The notes below the pieces were generated by a model. It had not been told where the DNA came from, searched no databases, and worked only from the letters and a program-made list of their open reading frames with translations. Below are positions 60,004 through 64,000 of a stretch of 64,000 bases of DNA, one piece after another. Location of the stretch: the IMG/VR virus record IMGVR_UViG_3300027659_000010; one strand, 5' to 3'. The number at the start of each line of letters is the position of its first letter. Position 1 is the stretch's first letter. The DNA is from a virus. Made by a program: the position numbers and the translations under genes.

Positions 60004-63000
60004 TTATGCGGTTACGCCACCGGCATCTATACTCGATATTCCACCATAATTACTGTCGGGTTGTCCACCGTCAAAATTTCCAAACGCACCACCTGCGCCG
60101 CCGCCACCACTTCCGGTGTACCCAACAAGTCCTCGACTTCCGGTAAATCCCGCACCAGCACTACCAGTGTATCCCACACCCTCACTACCAGTGTATCCTG
60201 TATTGCCTGCAATACCTCTACTTCCAGTGAATCCTGCTCCTTGACTACCTGTGAAACCCTGTGATCCAGTGTAACCATCTGCTCCTATTACACCGTCAAT
60301 ACCTCTGCTACCAGTAAACCCTGCACCTTGACTACCCGTAAACCCTGTTGATCCTGCAGTTCCTTGGCTACCAGTAAATCCCGCTCCTTGACTACCGGTG
60401 AAACCCCGTGATCCAGTGTAACCATCTCCTCCTAATATACCGTCACTACCTCTGCTACCAGTAAAACCAACTGCAGCAAATTCACCTGGTATTCCCTGAC
60501 TACCCGTGAACCCTGTTGATCCTGCAATTCCTTGGCTACCAGTAAAACCAACTGCAGCAAATTCACCTGGTACTCCTTGACTGCCGGTGTAACCAATTAC
60601 TGTACTAGCCGATCCGGTGTATCCTGTTATACCTTGGCTACCTGTAAAGCCGATGCTACCAGTAAAACCAAGGTTACCAGTGTCGCCTTTGCTACCAGTG
60701 AACCCTGCTCCTTGACTACCGGTGTACCCCTGTGATCCAGTGTAACCATCTCCTCCTAATATACCGTCAATACCTCTGCTACCAGTAAAGCCGATACTTC
60801 CAGTAAATCCTACTCCTTGACTACCGGTGTACCCCTGTGATCCAGTGTAACCATCTACTCCTATAATACCGTCAATACCTCTGCTACCAGTAAAGCCGGC
60901 ACTACCAGTGAATCCTGCACCTTGGCTACCTGTGTACCCAATATTTCCCTGTGATCCTGCGTAACCATCTGCTCCTATTACACCGTCAATACCTCTGCTA
61001 CCGGTAAAGCCGATGCTACCAGTAAAACCAAGATTACCAGTGTCGCCTTTACTACCAGTAAATCCCGCTCCTTGACTACCTGTAAATCCTAAACTACCTG
61101 TATAGCCGATGCTACCGGCAAAACCAACATCACCAATGTCGCCTTTACTACCAGTAAATCCCGCTCCTTGACTACCTGTAAATCCTAAACTACCTGTATA
61201 GCCTATCACTGTGCTTGCAGATCCAGTATAACCAATACTACCAGTGTAGCCTATATCGCCTTGACTACCTACAAAGCCAGTTTCCCCTTGAATACCTTGA
61301 TCACCTTTACTGCCAGTAAATCCTCTGCTGCCAGAAAATCCTTTTAAGCCTTGATTTCCTGTAAAACCTTGACTACCTGTAAATCCTCTAGAGCCGCTGA
61401 AACCTTGATCACCTTGATCACCTTGATTTCCAGTGTCGCCTTTGCTACCGGTAAATCCTCTGAACCCCTGTTCACCTTGAACTCCTGTTATACCCTGACT
61501 TCCTGTATATCCTTTCCTGTCATCGATTTTGATAATACCAATCATTCCGCTGTGATTCACGCACTGATAAACAATTTGACTAGGTGCATCATACGGAACC
61601 CTGTAACTGATCAACGTAGATGTGGAATAATTGCCTGCTGTGGTGTTATTATTAAACATTCCTGGAACAGCGTCGGTGTTCCCAGAACTTAACCTAAATG
61701 CTAAAGGATGAGAATTAGTGATATTTTGTAAGTCAAAATATACCAAGTCTCCTTTGAAAACAGTAATAGTAGGATAATTTTCATTGTAACCATCTACAGT
61801 ATAAACAAAGGCGCCATCAGGATTATTAAATTTAAATAATTGTCCTCCTTGGCTACCAGTAAACCCAACTGCAGCATACTCACCTGAAATACCTTGACTA
61901 CCTGTAAATCCAGTGCTTCCTGTAAATCCAGATTGACCTCTGCTTCCGACAAAACCAGTGTTACCGTTATCACCTTTACTGCCAGTAAATCCACGACTAC
62001 CAGTATAACCTAAGTCTCCACTACTACCAACGAACCCAATATCTCCTTTGCTACCGGTATATCCGAAGTCTCCTTTACTGCCTGTGTAACCTAGAGATCC
62101 TGTATATCCAAAATCTCCTCGACTGCCTACAAAACCAGTGACACCTTGACTACCTTGATCGCCTTGACTGCCTGTGTAACCCAAATCACCTTGACTGCCA
62201 GTAAATCCTAGCGCAGCAAATTCTCCTGGAATACCTTGACTACCTGTGAATCCTCTAGAACCGGTTACTCCAATCGATCCAGTAAATCCAGTATTACCTT
62301 GTATTCCTTGACTACCTATAAATCCTCTGCTACCAGTGTATCCCAAGTTTCCTTGCGGTCCTTGTACGCCTTGTATGCCTTGACTGCCTGTGAAGCCTCT
62401 GAATCCCTGTTCTCCTATATCGCCTTGACTGCCTACAAAACCAGTATCGCCACGACTGCCAGTAAATCCTAGTGCGGCGAATTCTCCTGGAATACCTTGA
62501 CTACCTGTGAATCCAGTTACACCTTGACTACCTGTGAATCCAGTACTACCAACAAACCCAATATCGCCTCGTGAGCCAGTAAATCCAAAACTACCAGTGA
62601 AACCAGCACTGCCTACAAAACCAGTACTACCAACAAACCCAATATCGCCTCGTGAGCCAGTAAATCCAAAACTACCAGTGAAACCAGCACTGCCTACAAA
62701 ACCAGTATTGCCACGACTGCCAGTAAATCCTAGTGCAGCAAATTCTCCTGGAATACCTTGACTACCTGTGAATCCTTTTGATCCTGTATATCCAATACTT
62801 CCAGTAAAACCAAGGTCCCCCTGAATACCTTGATCACCTTGATCACCTTGACTACCAGTGTAACCAAGAGGGCCTATTTCTCCTTGATCTCCTATATCGC
62901 CTTTACTGCCTGTAAATCCAATTGATCCAGTAAATCCAATATTTCCCTGTAGGCCTTGACTGCCTACAAAACCTAATGTTCCTTGACTGCCTGTGAACCC

Positions 63001-64000
63001 TTGACTACCCGTAACACCTTGACTACCTGTGTAACCAGAACTTCCAATGTAGCCCTGACTACCAGTGAACCCTAACCCAGCATATTCACCTGCAATACCT
63101 TGACTACCGGTAAAACCTTGGTCACCTTGGTCACCTTGATTACCTTGGTTACCTTTACTGCCGGTGAAACCTTGTAGCCCATCTGTGCCTTTACTACCAG
63201 TGAAACCAAAACTACCAATAAATCCCGTGCTGCCAGTGAATCCAATATCGCCCTGTGACCCCACGTAACCTATTTCGCCCTGTGACCCTACAAAGCCCAC
63301 ACTGCCAGTAAATCCACGACTGCCAGTAAACCCTAAAGCTGCATATTCTCCTGGAATACCTTGACTACCACTGTAACCAATACTACCTACAAATCCTCTA
63401 CTACCAGTAAATCCTTTATCACCTCGATCACCTTGATCACCTTGATTACCTTGGTCACCTTGCAAGCCCTGACTACCAGTAAATCCAACGTTACCTTGAT
63501 CTCCTTGATCTCCTATATCACCTTTACTGCCTGTAAATCCTCGACTACCAGTAAATCCAATATCTCCTTCTACACCTTCTTGACCTCTTAGACCTTGACT
63601 GCCCACAAATCCAGTAATACCTTGTGATCCCACAAATCCAGTAATACCTTGTGATCCCACAAAGCCCACACTGCCAGTAAATCCACGACTACCAGTAAAT
63701 CCACGACTACCGGTAAATCCTAAAGCTGCATATTCCCCTGAAATACCTTGTGATCCCACATAACCTATGTCGCCTTGTGATCCCACAAAACCTCTACTGC
63801 CAGTGAAGCCAATGACGCCCTGTGATCCCACATAACCTATGTCGCCTTGTGATCCCACAAAACCTCTACTGCCAGTGAAGCCAATGACGCCCTGTGATCC
63901 CACATAACCTATGTCGCCTTGTGATCCCACAAAGCCTCTACTGCCAGTGAATCCAATAACGCCCTGTGATCCCACATAACCTATGTCACCCTGTGATCCC
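60004..64000 (-). CDS. Very long collagen-like fibre with cupredoxin-like domain; 5' end outside window
   Basis: Over 1300 aa of G-x-y; frame open to window edge; H...C-x-x-H-x-x-M domain. Confidence 0.85.
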   Translation of the reverse strand, partial: GSQGDIGYVGSQGVIGFTGSRGFVGSQGDIGYVGSQGVIGFTGSRGFVGSQGDIGYVGSQGVIGFTGSRGFVGSQGDIGYVGSQGISGEYAALGFTGSRGFTGSRGFTGSVGFVGSQGITGFVGSQGITGFVGSQGLRGQEGVEGDIGFTGSRGFTGSKGDIGDQGDQGNVGFTGSQGLQGDQGNQGDQGDRGDKGFTGSRGFVGSIGYSGSQGIPGEYAALGFTGSRGFTGSVGFVGSQGEIGYVGSQGDIGFTGSTGFIGSFGFTGSKGTDGLQGFTGSKGNQGNQGDQGDQGFTGSQGIAGEYAGLGFTGSQGYIGSSGYTGSQGVTGSQGFTGSQGTLGFVGSQGLQGNIGFTGSIGFTGSKGDIGDQGEIGPLGYTGSQGDQGDQGIQGDLGFTGSIGYTGSKGFTGSQGIPGEFAALGFTGSRGNTGFVGSAGFTGSFGFTGSRGDIGFVGSTGFVGSAGFTGSFGFTGSRGDIGFVGSTGFTGSQGVTGFTGSQGIPGEFAALGFTGSRGDTGFVGSQGDIGEQGFRGFTGSQGIQGVQGPQGNLGYTGSRGFIGSQGIQGNTGFTGSIGVTGSRGFTGSQGIPGEFAALGFTGSQGDLGYTGSQGDQGSQGVTGFVGSRGDFGYTGSLGYTGSKGDFGYTGSKGDIGFVGSSGDLGYTGSRGFTGSKGDNGNTGFVGSRGQSGFTGSTGFTGSQGISGEYAAVGFTGSQGGQLFKFNNPDGAFVYTVDGYNENYPTITVFKGDLVYFDLQNITNSHPLAFRLSSGNTDAVPGMFNNNTTAGNYSTSTLISYRVPYDAPSQIVYQCVNHSGMIGIIKIDDRKGYTGSQGITGVQGEQGFRGFTGSKGDTGNQGDQGDQGFSGSRGFTGSQGFTGNQGLKGFSGSRGFTGSKGDQGIQGETGFVGSQGDIGYTGSIGYTGSASTVIGYTGSLGFTGSQGAGFTGSKGDIGDVGFAGSIGYTGSLGFTGSQGAGFTGSKGDTGNLGFTGSIGFTGSRGIDGVIGADGYAGSQGNIGYTGSQGAGFTGSAGFTGSRGIDGIIGVDGYTGSQGYTGSQGVGFTGSIGFTGSRGIDGILGGDGYTGSQGYTGSQGAGFTGSKGDTGNLGFTGSIGFTGSQGITGYTGSASTVIGYTGSQGVPGEFAAVGFTGSQGIAGSTGFTGSQGIPGEFAAVGFTGSRGSDGILGGDGYTGSRGFTGSQGAGFTGSQGTAGSTGFTGSQGAGFTGSRGIDGVIGADGYTGSQGFTGSQGAGFTGSRGIAGNTGYTGSEGVGYTGSAGAGFTGSRGLVGYTGSGGGGAGGAFGNFDGGQPDSNYGGISSIDAGGVTA
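63751..64000. repeat. 72-nt tandem repeat (about 3.5 copies)
   Basis: Unit begins tgatcccacataacctatgtc at 63751, 63823, 63895, 63967. Confidence 0.9.

Noticed and set aside
1-64000. Bacterial chromosome origin (dnaK, rpsU, isc, ssrA, csg)
   Set aside because: Genes lack their normal operon partners, are interspersed with virion genes, and share T4-like late motifs
1-64000. Stop-codon reassignment
   Set aside because: Known genes are full length under code 11, and TAA, TGA and TAG all act as stops

Overview
This 64 kb window looks like part of a large, T4-like/jumbo tailed phage genome. It is gene-dense, almost entirely minus-strand, uses the standard code, and has a TAAATA late-promoter-like motif before many genes. 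The host-like genes (DnaK, CspA, IscU/IscA/ErpA, rubrerythrin, desaturase, PqqA) look betaproteobacterial, which is an inference from sequence style. Left to right: (1) a curli-like secretion module (CsgF, CsgG with an SH3-like tail, curlin-like protein, FecR-like protein, secreted protein). (2) A heme oxygenase plus PcyX/PcyA-like bilin reductase, then ClpS, Hsp20, DnaK, MazG-like, exonuclease and bS21. (3) Lipoproteins and a SleB hydrolase with a long structured leader, then an APS-kinase/sulfotransferase pair. (4) An unannotated 23-aa PqqA precursor gene, rubrerythrin, an OMP, a circularly permuted (two-piece) tmRNA with a 31-aa tag, and CspA. (5) A class Ia RNR with SOD and Fe-S assembly genes between nrdA and nrdB. 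(6) A head/internal-protein region with a ligase-like plus Pol-beta-like nucleotidyltransferase pair whose N-termini resemble capsid-targeting sequences. (7) Glycosyltransferase and 2OG-oxygenase genes, then a long tail-fibre region with Pro-poor G-F-T-G-S-x collagens, one holding a blue-copper-type domain. All calls come from motif recognition by eye; no searches were run.
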